A stretch of 64,000 nt of DNA, taken from the NCBI RefSeq assembly GCF_046052825.1, contig NZ_JAVLFP010000060.1:87355-151354 (forward strand), in the 5' to 3' direction. The position numbers and the translations under genes are program-made. Of the stretch, positions 10,390 through 19,140 are shown piece after piece. Origin of the DNA: Limnohabitans sp. Its GTDB lineage: Bacteria; Pseudomonadota; Gammaproteobacteria; Burkholderiales; Burkholderiaceae_C. Position 1 is the stretch's first letter, and the number at the start of each line of letters is the position of its first letter. Below the pieces are notes generated by a model. That model was not told the origin of the DNA. It was given only the letters and a program-made list of their open reading frames with translations, and ran no database searches.

Positions 10390-10866
10390 ATGTCTTTCAG
10401 CGTGATCATCCAAACTCAAGACTTTGACGTCAGTCAGGAGTTGTCGGTTTTGCGCCAAGGAGATTCCCGCGTGGGTGCCGTGTGCAGTTTTGTGGGCACG
10501 GTGCGTGAGCGCAATGAAGGCAGTTCAGTTTCAAGCATGGAGCTGGAGCATTACCCAGGGATGACCGAAAAATCGATCCAAGCCATGATGGCGCAAGCCC
10601 AGCAGCGTTTTGATATTTATGCCGCCAAGGTGATTCACCGCGTGGGGTTGTTGCAGCCGATGGACCAAATCGTCTTGGTGGCCGTGACCTCGGCGCACCG
10701 TGGCATGAGCTTTCAGGCATGTGAGTTTTTGATGGATTACCTCAAAACGCAAGCCCCCTTTTGGAAAAAAGAAGTCACCCCAGATGGTGCGCGTTGGGTC
10801 GACGCGCGCGTCAGTGATGACCAGGCCTTGGCGCGTTGGGGCATTCAAGCGCACAACGCGGACTGA
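10390..10866 (+). CDS. moaE: molybdopterin synthase catalytic subunit MoaE
   Basis: About 158 aa with GAVCSFVGTVR, LEHYPGM and APFWKKE. ATG 10390 lies 3 nt after the moaD stop. TTG 10384 is an alternative start. Confidence 0.85.
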   Translation: MSFSVIIQTQDFDVSQELSVLRQGDSRVGAVCSFVGTVRERNEGSSVSSMELEHYPGMTEKSIQAMMAQAQQRFDIYAAKVIHRVGLLQPMDQIVLVAVTSAHRGMSFQACEFLMDYLKTQAPFWKKEVTPDGARWVDARVSDDQALARWGIQAHNAD

Positions 10867-10975
10867 CCCCCGGGCGTGTGGTGCGAGCAGCCTCGGGCAG
10901 CCTTTTGACCCATGTGACGCGGTGCTTTGGGCTTGAATTCATTGACCTATGTCAATCTTGGTCTTGAGCGAGCCA

Positions 10976-11004
10976 CTTGAAAAGTGTGGCAACAGCCTCA
11001 GCTA
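10976..11004 (+). promoter_or_regulatory. candidate sigma-32 (heat-shock) promoter of clpB
   Basis: CTTGAAA (10976-10982), a 13-nt spacer, then CCTCAGCTA (10996-11004), compared with the consensus CTTGAAA-N13-15-CCCCATnTA. It sits about 35 nt upstream of the clpB ATG. Confidence 0.4.
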
Positions 11005-11037
11005 CTGAGTCATTCAACATCTGATTGCGGAGTTTTC

Positions 11038-13641
11038 ATGCGTCTCGACAAACTGACCACCAAATTCCAAGAAGCACTCTCCGAAGCCCAAACTTTGGCA
11101 CTGGGCAACGACCATGCCTACATCGAACCGTCGCATGTATTGGTGGCCATGTTGCGACAAGATGACGGCCCCAAGTCGCTCCTGCAGCGCGCTGGCGTCA
11201 ACGTGGCCGGGTTGGCTACAGCTGCCGAAACAGCCATGAACCGTTTGCCCAAAGTTCAAGGGCAAGAGCAGGTGCAGGTCGGGCGTGATTTGGTGTCGCT
11301 GATCCAAGCGGCTGAGAAAGAATCCATCAAACGTGGCGATCAATACATTGCCAGCGAGTTGTTTTTGCTGGCGCTTTGCGATCACAAGGGCGATTGGGGC
11401 AAGCTCGCGCGTGACAACGGGTTGAGCCGACACAGCTTGGAGGCCGCGGTCACCGCTGTGCGGGGTGGACAAAAGGTGGACAACGCTGAGAGCGAAGGCC
11501 AGCGCGAGTCCCTCAAAAAGTACTGCGTTGATTTGACCGAGCGTGCGCGCAGCGGCAAGCTCGATCCCGTGATTGGCCGTGACGATGAAATTCGCCGTGC
11601 GATTCAAGTTTTGCAACGACGAACCAAAAACAACCCGGTCCTGATTGGCGAGCCTGGTGTAGGTAAAACGGCGATCGTTGAAGGCCTAGCACAACGCATT
11701 GTCTCGGGTGAAGTTCCTGACTCACTCAAAGGCAAGCGGGTGTTGTCACTGGACATGGCGGCTTTGTTGGCGGGAGCCAAATACCGTGGTGAGTTTGAAG
11801 AACGCCTGAAAAGCGTGCTCACCGAATTGGCCAAGGACGAAGGTCAAACCATCGTCTTTATTGACGAACTGCACACCATGGTGGGGGCTGGCAAAGCCGA
11901 GGGGGCCATGGACGCGGGCAACATGCTCAAGCCTGCTTTGGCGCGCGGTGAACTGCACTGTGTGGGCGCGACGACCTTGGATGAATACCGAAAGTACATT
12001 GAAAAAGATGCGGCTTTAGAGCGTCGTTTTCAAAAAATCATCGTTGGCGAACCTTCGGTTGAAGCCACCATTGCCATCTTGCGAGGCTTGCAAGAGAAGT
12101 ACGAAGTTCACCATGGCGTAGAGATCACCGACCCCGCCATTGTTGCGGCGGCTGAGTTGTCACATCGTTACATCACAGACCGATTTCTTCCTGACAAAGC
12201 GATTGACCTGATCGATGAAGCTGCTGCCAAGATCAAGATTGAAATTGATTCCAAGCCCGAAGTGATGGACAAGTTGGATCGCCGGTTGATCCAGCTCAAA
12301 ATTGAACGCGAGGCCGTGCGTAAAGAAAAGGATGAGGCCTCCCAAAAACGCTTAGGTTTGTTGGAAGAAGAAATCACCAAACTCGGCAAAGACTATGCGG
12401 ACTTGGAAGAGATTTGGAAGTCTGAAAAAGCATCCGCCCATGGCGGCGCGCAAATCAAAGAAGAAATTGACCGCCTGCGTCACCAAATTGAAGAGTTCAC
12501 CCGCAAAGGGGACTTCAACAAGGTGGCTGAGCTCCAGTATGGAAAGTTGCCCGAGCTGGAAAAGCGCTTGAAAGAAGCCAACGCCAACGAAACCAGCAAA
12601 GCTGCCAAGTCAGGTGGACACAGGTTGTTGCGCACCCAAGTGGGGGCTGAAGAAATTGCTGAAGTGGTGGCACGTGCCACGGGAATACCTGTGTCCAAGT
12701 TGATGCAGGGTGAGCGTGACAAGTTGCTGCAGATGGAAGACAAGTTGCACCAACGTGTGGTGGGTCAAGAGGAGGCCATCACGGCTGTGGCCAACGCGAT
12801 TCGTCGCTCCCGTGCTGGTTTGGGTGACCCCCATCGCCCCACCGGTTCCTTCTTGTTCCTTGGCCCAACGGGTGTTGGAAAAACGGAGTTGTGCAAAGCG
12901 TTGGCGGGCTTCTTGTTTGACAGCGAAGACCACATGATTCGCATCGACATGAGTGAATTCATGGAGAAGCACTCTGTCAGCCGTTTGATCGGTGCACCAC
13001 CCGGCTATGTGGGCTATGACGAAGGTGGCTACTTGACCGAGGCGGTGCGACGCAAGCCTTACAGCGTGTTGCTGCTCGATGAGGTGGAAAAAGCACATCC
13101 CGATGTCTTCAATATTTTGTTGCAAGTGCTCGACGACGGTCGATTGACCGATGGTCAAGGACGCACCGTGGATTTCAAAAACACGGTCATCGTGATGACA
13201 TCCAACATTGGTTCTCCAATCATCCAAAGCATGGTGGGACAGGACCCGCAAGACATCAAAGATGCTGTCTGGGATGAGCTCAAGAGCCATTTCCGTCCTG
13301 AGTTTTTGAACCGCATTGACGAAACCGTGGTGTTTCATGCCCTCGATGCGCAGCACATTGCGCGCATTGCAGACATCCAACTCAAGGTGCTCTCCGAGCG
13401 TCTGGCCAAGATGGACCTCGGGTTGCAGGTCTCACCTGCAGCCTTGGCTGAATTGGCCAAGGTCGGTTTTGACCCTGTCTTTGGTGCACGTCCCCTCAAA
13501 CGCGCCATCCAGCAACGCATTGAGAACCCGTTGTCAAAGCTCTTGTTAGAGGGCAAATTTGGACCCAAAGACCACATCGCGGTGAGCGTGGATCCAGTCC
13601 GTGCTCCGGGTGAGTTCGCCTTCACCAAAGTAGCCAGTTAA
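11038..13641 (+). CDS. clpB: AAA+ disaggregase ClpB
   Basis: Start moved to ATG 11038 ([11 protein letters not shown], the conserved ClpB N-terminus) from the ORF-track start at 10984. Two AAA+ modules carry Walker [10 protein letters not shown] and GPTGVGKTE, separated by a long coiled-coil middle domain. Confidence 0.95.
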   Translation: MRLDKLTTKFQEALSEAQTLALGNDHAYIEPSHVLVAMLRQDDGPKSLLQRAGVNVAGLATAAETAMNRLPKVQGQEQVQVGRDLVSLIQAAEKESIKRGDQYIASELFLLALCDHKGDWGKLARDNGLSRHSLEAAVTAVRGGQKVDNAESEGQRESLKKYCVDLTERARSGKLDPVIGRDDEIRRAIQVLQRRTKNNPVLIGEPGVGKTAIVEGLAQRIVSGEVPDSLKGKRVLSLDMAALLAGAKYRGEFEERLKSVLTELAKDEGQTIVFIDELHTMVGAGKAEGAMDAGNMLKPALARGELHCVGATTLDEYRKYIEKDAALERRFQKIIVGEPSVEATIAILRGLQEKYEVHHGVEITDPAIVAAAELSHRYITDRFLPDKAIDLIDEAAAKIKIEIDSKPEVMDKLDRRLIQLKIEREAVRKEKDEASQKRLGLLEEEITKLGKDYADLEEIWKSEKASAHGGAQIKEEIDRLRHQIEEFTRKGDFNKVAELQYGKLPELEKRLKEANANETSKAAKSGGHRLLRTQVGAEEIAEVVARATGIPVSKLMQGERDKLLQMEDKLHQRVVGQEEAITAVANAIRRSRAGLGDPHRPTGSFLFLGPTGVGKTELCKALAGFLFDSEDHMIRIDMSEFMEKHSVSRLIGAPPGYVGYDEGGYLTEAVRRKPYSVLLLDEVEKAHPDVFNILLQVLDDGRLTDGQGRTVDFKNTVIVMTSNIGSPIIQSMVGQDPQDIKDAVWDELKSHFRPEFLNRIDETVVFHALDAQHIARIADIQLKVLSERLAKMDLGLQVSPAALAELAKVGFDPVFGARPLKRAIQQRIENPLSKLLLEGKFGPKDHIAVSVDPVRAPGEFAFTKVAS

Positions 13642-13734
13642 CCCGGGGGTTTGTCCCCCAGTCGACGTCTCCAAAGCGGCGCAAAGGTTAGGATCCCATT
13701 CTTCCTGGCCTTTGCGCTGATTTGATGAGACTTC

Positions 13735-14946
13735 ATGACATCTCCCCTTGACCCCCATGCCGTGCCTTGGCGCGATGACGCTGCAGTGATAGGTTTGGTG
13801 GGCTTGGCGCACGCCGGGTCACATTTTTCGCATCTGCTTTTGCCTTTGATGTTTCCGGTGTTCATTCAAACCTTTGGTTTGAGCTATGCCGAACTGGGCT
13901 TGTTGATGTCGGTGTTTTTCGTGGTCTCGGGCATCGGCCAGGCCAGCGCAGGTTTCTTGGTCGATCGTGTGGGCGCGCGACCGGTGCTTTTCGCAGCATT
14001 GACTGCGTTTGTGTTGGCTTGTCTGCTGGCCTCTGTGGCTCACAACTACGCGACCTTGATGGGCGTTGCCGTCCTTCTTGGATTGGGTAACAGCACGTTT
14101 CATCCGGCAGACTTCACCATCTTGAATCAAAAAATCTCTGCCCAGCGCCTGGGATATGCCTTCAGCGTGCATGCTTTGACAGGTAATCTGGGTTGGGCCG
14201 TAGCGCCCATTTTCATGGTTGGCTTGAGCAGTTTGTTTGACTGGCGTATGGCCTATTTGGGCGCGGCGTTGATGTTTTCTGGCATTTTGCTTTTGTTGGT
14301 GTGGCATCGCGCGAGTTTGCTCACGCATCAGACTGTTCACCCGGAGGGGGCACCTCAGGTTCACACTTTGGCATTTTTAAAAAATACAGTCGTTTGGTGG
14401 TGCTTCGGCTTTTTCATGCTCACGGCCATGACCTTGGTGATCGTGCAGAGTTTTTCCGTCTCCATCTTGCAGGCCATGCATGGTGTGACGTTTGAAGCCG
14501 CCACCATGACCCTCACGGCATATATGTTGTGTGCTGCTGCGGGGGTGGTGATTGGAGGCTTTTTTGCCGCGCGTTTGCCCAAACAAAGCGAGTGGGTGGT
14601 TGCGGTTTGCATGGCGGTCGCGGCTTTGTTCATGGCCCTGTGTGGCAGTGGGTGGTTGGGGGCGACAGCCACCATGGTGGTGCTGGCATTGACGGGTCTT
14701 GCCATTGGCGTGGGCGGGCCGTCACGAGACATGATGATCAAAAATGCCACGCCTAAAGGAGCCACGGGCCGCGTTTATGGCATGGTGTATTCCGGCATCG
14801 ATGTGGGCTCTGCCATCACCCCTTTGATGTTTGGTGTGTTCATGGACCATGGTTGGTTTGGCTCAACCTTGATTGGTGCGGCGATGGTGTTGCTGCTCAG
14901 TGTTTGGGTCGCGCTGGCGGTGGGGCGACGCACGGTACACGTTTAA
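13735..14946 (+). CDS. MFS transporter
   Basis: 403 aa and highly hydrophobic, with about 12 predicted TM segments. Includes the MFS-type loop GFLVDRVGARP. Confidence 0.8.
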   Translation: MTSPLDPHAVPWRDDAAVIGLVGLAHAGSHFSHLLLPLMFPVFIQTFGLSYAELGLLMSVFFVVSGIGQASAGFLVDRVGARPVLFAALTAFVLACLLASVAHNYATLMGVAVLLGLGNSTFHPADFTILNQKISAQRLGYAFSVHALTGNLGWAVAPIFMVGLSSLFDWRMAYLGAALMFSGILLLLVWHRASLLTHQTVHPEGAPQVHTLAFLKNTVVWWCFGFFMLTAMTLVIVQSFSVSILQAMHGVTFEAATMTLTAYMLCAAAGVVIGGFFAARLPKQSEWVVAVCMAVAALFMALCGSGWLGATATMVVLALTGLAIGVGGPSRDMMIKNATPKGATGRVYGMVYSGIDVGSAITPLMFGVFMDHGWFGSTLIGAAMVLLLSVWVALAVGRRTVHV

Positions 14947-14964
14947 GTTAATTGGAGAAATATC

Positions 14965-16665
14965 ATGAAACAGATGGCTGGACACTTGCTGGTTGAGTGC
15001 TTGATTGAGCAAGGCGTGACCCATGCGTTTGGTGTGCCTGGAGAGAGTTACTTGGGCGTCTTGGACGGGTTTCACGCCTACCAAGACAAAATTCAATTCG
15101 TCATCAATCGCCAAGAAGGTGGCGCGGCCTACATGGCCGATGCCCAAGGGCGTCTGACCGGTCGGCCGGGCGTGTGTTTTGTCACCCGAGGTCCAGGTGC
15201 AACCAATGCCTCCATTGGCATTCACACGGCCTTTCAAGACAGTGCGCCGATGGTGTTGTTTGTTGGGGATGTCGGCAGTGATTTCCGCGACCGAGAGGCT
15301 TTCCAAGAAGTGGACTACAACAGCTTTTTTGGCCCCAGCACCCGTGGCATGGCCAAACGGGTGGAGCGCATTGACGATCCAGAGCGGATTCCAGAATACA
15401 TCGCCCGCGCCTTTGCCACCGCCATGAATGGGCGCCCGGGGCCTGTTGTGGTGGTTTTGCCAGAAGACATGTTGGTGCGTCACGTCAGCGCGCGTCCTTT
15501 GGCGCGCGTGGAGCCTGTGGAGGCCTGGAGTGATCCGGGGGCCTTGCGTCAACTGCGAGAGATGCTGCTGGCTTGCCAACGGCCTTTTGTGATCGCAGGC
15601 GGGACAGGTTGGACCCCGCAATCGGCACAAGCCCTGCAACGGTTTGCAGAAAATTGGAAATTGCCAGTGGGCAACGCGTTTCGCTTTCAAGATATTTTTG
15701 ACAACCACCATCCCCAGTACGCTGGTGACGTGGGGATTGGCATCAACCCCAAACTGGCGCAACGCATTCGTGAAAGCGATTTGATCTTGGCAATAGGCCC
15801 TCGATTGGGAGAAATGACGACCCATGGATACACCTTGCTTGAAGCGCCAAGACCCAAACAAAAGCTGGTGCATATGCATGCCAGCGCAGAGGAGCTCAAT
15901 CGGGTCTACCAAGCTGATTTGGCCATTCTCTCGACGATGAACGCGGCTGCTCGATCACTGGAGGTTTTGACTGCGCCTGTGAGCTTACCGTGGGAGGCGT
16001 GGACGGAGTCTGCTCACCAAGACTATCAAGATAACTTGGTGCCTCAAGCGATGCCGGGAGACATCAACATGCCCGCCATTGTCAACACCATCAGCCAACT
16101 GTTGCCCGCCGATGCTGTGCTGACCAATGGGGCGGGTAATTTTGCGAGTTGGGTGCATCGATTCCATCAACACCATGGACTTGCAAGTGGCTTGCGGACG
16201 CAATTGGCGCCAACTGTGGGCTCTATGGGTTATGGCGTGCCAGCTGGTATTGCCGCCAACCTGATCACTGGTCGCACAGTGTTCACGATTGCAGGGGACG
16301 GGGACTTTTTGATGAATGGTCAAGAGTTGGCCACAGCCACTCAGCATGGTGCCAAAACCATCGTCGTGTTGCTCAACAACGGCATGTACGGAACCATTCG
16401 CATGCATCAAGAGCGGGAGTTTCCCCGACATGACAGTGGCTCAAATTTGAAAAACCCAGATTTTGCTGCTTTGGCGCGCGCTTATGGATATGCAGGTGTA
16501 CGAATCACGCGCACGGATGAGTTCGAAGCTGAATTCAAAGCTGCGCTTGCTCGTCCTGAAGGCACCTTGATTGAGATCATGCTTGACCCCGAGGTCATCA
16601 CCACCCGCGGGACCTTGAGTGCCATTCGTGATGCGGCACTTGAGCGCCGACAAAATGGTGCCTGA
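14965..16665 (+). CDS. thiamine-diphosphate-dependent enzyme (acetolactate synthase large-subunit-like)
   Basis: 566 aa with N-terminal Pyr domain FGVPGESYLGVLDG...TRGPGATN and C-terminal ThDP motif IAGDGDFLMNGQEL...VLLNNGMYG. Confidence 0.8.
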   Translation: MKQMAGHLLVECLIEQGVTHAFGVPGESYLGVLDGFHAYQDKIQFVINRQEGGAAYMADAQGRLTGRPGVCFVTRGPGATNASIGIHTAFQDSAPMVLFVGDVGSDFRDREAFQEVDYNSFFGPSTRGMAKRVERIDDPERIPEYIARAFATAMNGRPGPVVVVLPEDMLVRHVSARPLARVEPVEAWSDPGALRQLREMLLACQRPFVIAGGTGWTPQSAQALQRFAENWKLPVGNAFRFQDIFDNHHPQYAGDVGIGINPKLAQRIRESDLILAIGPRLGEMTTHGYTLLEAPRPKQKLVHMHASAEELNRVYQADLAILSTMNAAARSLEVLTAPVSLPWEAWTESAHQDYQDNLVPQAMPGDINMPAIVNTISQLLPADAVLTNGAGNFASWVHRFHQHHGLASGLRTQLAPTVGSMGYGVPAGIAANLITGRTVFTIAGDGDFLMNGQELATATQHGAKTIVVLLNNGMYGTIRMHQEREFPRHDSGSNLKNPDFAALARAYGYAGVRITRTDEFEAEFKAALARPEGTLIEIMLDPEVITTRGTLSAIRDAALERRQNGA

Positions 16666-16684
16666 CAAGTGAGGGTGCGAATAC

Positions 16685-16712
16685 AAAAGGGCCGCTCATG
16701 AGCGGCCCTTTT
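16685..16712. terminator. bidirectional intrinsic terminator between convergent genes
   Basis: Near-perfect palindrome aaaagggccgctc-at-gagcggccctttt, flanked by A-runs and T-runs on both sides. Confidence 0.7.
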
Positions 16713-16729
16713 TTTCGGCAAGAAGTCAA

Positions 16730-17194
16730 TTACTTCAGGTGTTTGCCGATCAAGCCAGCCAATTCAAACATGGTGACTTGGGCTTTGCCAAAGACAGCTT
16801 TGAGCTTGTCATCGGCATTGATGTTGCGCTTGTTGACTTTGTCTTGCAGGCCATGTTTTTTGATGTATGTCCACAGCTTGCTCACCACTTCAGTGCGTGG
16901 GACAGCAGTTTGACCAATCACAGCAGCCAAGGCAGCGCTTGGCGTCATGGCTTTCATGAATGCCGCGTTAGGCGTGCGCTTCTTAGCAGGTGCTTTTTTA
17001 GCGGCTACTTTTTTTGCAGGTGCCTTCTTAGCCACTACTTTTTTAGCAGGTGCTGCTTTTTTAGCAGGCGCAGCCTTCTTGGCTGGCGCAGCTTTTTTAG
17101 CGGCTACTTTTTTAGCGGGAGCAGCTTTTTTAGCAGCTGGAGCTGCTTTCTTTGCGGGTGCTTTTTTAGCGGGAGCTTTTTTTGCAGTTGCCAT
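16730..17194 (-). CDS. SWIB/MDM2-domain protein with histone-H1-like Lys/Ala/Pro-rich N-terminal tail
   Basis: C-terminal PSAALAAVIGQTAVPRTEVVSKLWTYIKKHGLQDKVNKRNINADDKLKAVFGKAQVTMFELAGLIGKHL is a classic SWIB pattern. The N-terminal ~72 aa are (A)KKA(A)P repeats. Start set at ATG 17194, 7 nt after AAGGAA. The ORF-track start at 17224 lacks an SD. Confidence 0.8.
   Translation of the reverse strand: MATAKKAPAKKAPAKKAAPAAKKAAPAKKVAAKKAAPAKKAAPAKKAAPAKKVVAKKAPAKKVAAKKAPAKKRTPNAAFMKAMTPSAALAAVIGQTAVPRTEVVSKLWTYIKKHGLQDKVNKRNINADDKLKAVFGKAQVTMFELAGLIGKHLK
16979..17194 (-). repeat. imperfect in-frame tandem repeat (9-15-nt units) encoding AKKAAP-type repeats
   Basis: The plus strand shows reiterated ttttttagc(a/g)gg(t/a)gc units. 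Both antisense frames are also open, as expected for a low-complexity repeat. Confidence 0.85.
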
Positions 17195-17592
17195 GGTCGA
17201 TTTCCTTCTAGAAGTGTTTGTCATTGCCCATCAAAAACTGAAATCTGTTGAGCACCTCAGATGCTAATTGAGAAGTATGTGCTTTCCAAGGGGGAAAGTA
17301 CTTTTTTCACTCTTGAATGTTGTTTTTTTCATAGTGCATATTCACTCGCAGAACTGCACCCGATCGTGCCGTCGCAATCGCCAATGCCGCATTGATCGGT
17401 CAGCGTTGAGCCTGGGTGCGCAAGCAGTACCGTCGTGTCAGTGCGGCATCCATTCAAGCGAATGAAATAATATTTTGTAATGCGAAATATTGAATTGATG
17501 CGCCGCATCATTTTTTCTTGATATGAGAAATTGATTTTTGCATAGAGAAATAATGTTAGTAAGTTGTTGATTTATAATGTAAAAAAATAATT

Positions 17593-17632
17593 CTTATATA
17601 AGACACAAGACAATTGCATGGTCTTATACAAG
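17593..17632. promoter_or_regulatory. candidate operator: 12-bp inverted repeat upstream of aceA
   Basis: cttatataagac (17593-17604), a 16-nt spacer, then gtcttatacaag (17621-17632), with 11 of 12 positions complementary. It sits 80-120 nt upstream of the aceA ATG in an AT-rich region. Confidence 0.35.
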
Positions 17633-17711
17633 AGTTACGATGACCCCATCGGTGCTTGAACAAGTCTTGTCAAAACACCGTGAATTTGTCAATCAACCTC
17701 TGGAGTGAACC

Positions 17712-19043
17712 ATGCCCCAATCCCTGAACGAACAACTCAGCCGTGAACAACAAATCGCAGCGCTTGAAAAAGACTGGGCCACCAACCCCCGTTGGAAAGG
17801 CGTCAAGCGAGGTTACAGCGCAGCCGATGTGGTGCGCTTGCGCGGCAGCTTGCAAATTGAAAACACTTTGGCCCGTCGCGGTGCCGAGAAACTGTGGCGT
17901 TTGGTCAATGGCGAAGCGAAGAAGGGCTATGTGAATTCCTTTGGTGCTATGTCTGCGGGCCAAGCCATGCAACAAGCCAAAGCAGGTTTAGAAGCGGTGT
18001 ACTTGTCCGGATGGCAAGTGGCCGCGGACGGCAACACGTCTGAAACCATGTACCCCGACCAATCCTTGTACGCCTATGACTCGGTGCCCACCATGGTGCG
18101 CCGCATCAACAACACCTTCAAGCGCGCCGACGAAATTCAATGGGGCCGCGGCATCAATCCAGGCGACAAAGAATTCATCGACTACTTCTTGCCCATCGTC
18201 GCCGACGCTGAAGCAGGTTTCGGCGGCGTGCTGAATGCGTTTGAATTGATGAAAAACATGATCTCAGCGGGTGCAGCTGGCGTTCACTTCGAAGACCAAT
18301 TAGCGGCTGTGAAGAAATGCGGTCACATGGGCGGAAAAGTGTTGGTTCCCACGCAAGAAGCTTGTGAAAAACTCATTTCGGCACGTTTCGCTGCGGACGT
18401 GATGGGCGTGCCCACCATCGTGCTGGCCCGTACCGATGCCGAAGCGGCCAACTTGATCACTTCGGACCATGATGCCAATGACAAACCATTCCTCACTGGC
18501 GAACGTACCCAAGAAGGTTTTTACCGAGTCAAGAACGGTGTTGAACAAGCCATCAGCCGCGGTGTGGCTTATGCACCTTATGCCGACTTGGTGTGGTGCG
18601 AAACAGGCGTGCCCGACATCGGGTTTGCACGTGAATTCGCTCAGGCGGTCCATGCGGCTTGTCCAGGCAAGTTGTTGTCTTACAACTGCTCACCCTCATT
18701 CAATTGGAAGAAAAACCTCAACGACAGCCAAATCGCTTCGTTCCAGGAAGACTTGTCTGCATTGGGCTACAAGTACCAGTTCATCACTTTGGCGGGGATC
18801 CACATCAACTGGTACAACACATTCCAGTTCGCCAATGCATACGCCAACGGCGAAGGTATGAAGCATTACGTCAACATGGTGCAAGAACCTGAGTTCGCAG
18901 CACGTGACAAGGGGTACACCTTCGTGTCACACCAACAAGAAGTGGGCGCAGGCTACTTCGACGATGTGACCACCGTCATCCAAGGCGGTTCATCATCTGT
19001 GAAAGCCCTCACAGGTTCTACTGAAGAAGAGCAGTTTCACTGA
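17712..19043 (+). CDS. aceA: isocitrate lyase
   Basis: 443 aa with the isocitrate lyase signature KKCGHMGGK. Confidence 0.95.
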   Translation: MPQSLNEQLSREQQIAALEKDWATNPRWKGVKRGYSAADVVRLRGSLQIENTLARRGAEKLWRLVNGEAKKGYVNSFGAMSAGQAMQQAKAGLEAVYLSGWQVAADGNTSETMYPDQSLYAYDSVPTMVRRINNTFKRADEIQWGRGINPGDKEFIDYFLPIVADAEAGFGGVLNAFELMKNMISAGAAGVHFEDQLAAVKKCGHMGGKVLVPTQEACEKLISARFAADVMGVPTIVLARTDAEAANLITSDHDANDKPFLTGERTQEGFYRVKNGVEQAISRGVAYAPYADLVWCETGVPDIGFAREFAQAVHAACPGKLLSYNCSPSFNWKKNLNDSQIASFQEDLSALGYKYQFITLAGIHINWYNTFQFANAYANGEGMKHYVNMVQEPEFAARDKGYTFVSHQQEVGAGYFDDVTTVIQGGSSSVKALTGSTEEEQFH

Positions 19044-19102
19044 GCAAGATGCCGAATGCGAGGGCGGCGTAAAATCCGTTCTCAGCGTTCAGACACCTTT
19101 TC

Positions 19103-19128
19103 AAGCGCGGCCACAGCCGCGCTTTTTT
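19103..19128 (+). terminator. intrinsic terminator after aceA
   Basis: Stem aagcgcggc / gccgcgctt with loop caca, followed by tttt. Confidence 0.65.
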
Positions 19129-19140
19129 ACTTGAAGACAC

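Noticed and set aside
10984-11037. N-terminal extensions suggested by ORF-track starts. Examples are clpB at 10984, rpmI at 21770, the Bug genes at 32170, 33162 and 51873, coxE-like at 40280, the amidohydrolase at 43324, the GST at 53598 and the hydroxylase at 55976.
   Set aside because: In each case an internal ATG restores the conserved family N-terminus or signal peptide, usually with a better SD. The extensions overlap upstream genes or have non-coding-like composition.
16739-17267. Plus-strand ORFs of 170 aa and 106 aa, Phe/Leu/Ala/Gly-rich, opposite the SWIB gene.
   Set aside because: They are artefacts of the in-frame AKKAAP repeat, whose complement is also free of stop codons. The minus-strand gene has a clear SWIB domain and SD.
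17268-17511. Short ORFs of 65 aa (plus strand) and 60 aa (minus strand) in the aceA/SWIB intergenic region, considered as protein-coding genes.
   Set aside because: They have no Shine-Dalgarno sequence, Cys/Arg-rich or otherwise odd composition, and they overlap each other. The region is better explained as non-coding regulatory or RNA sequence.
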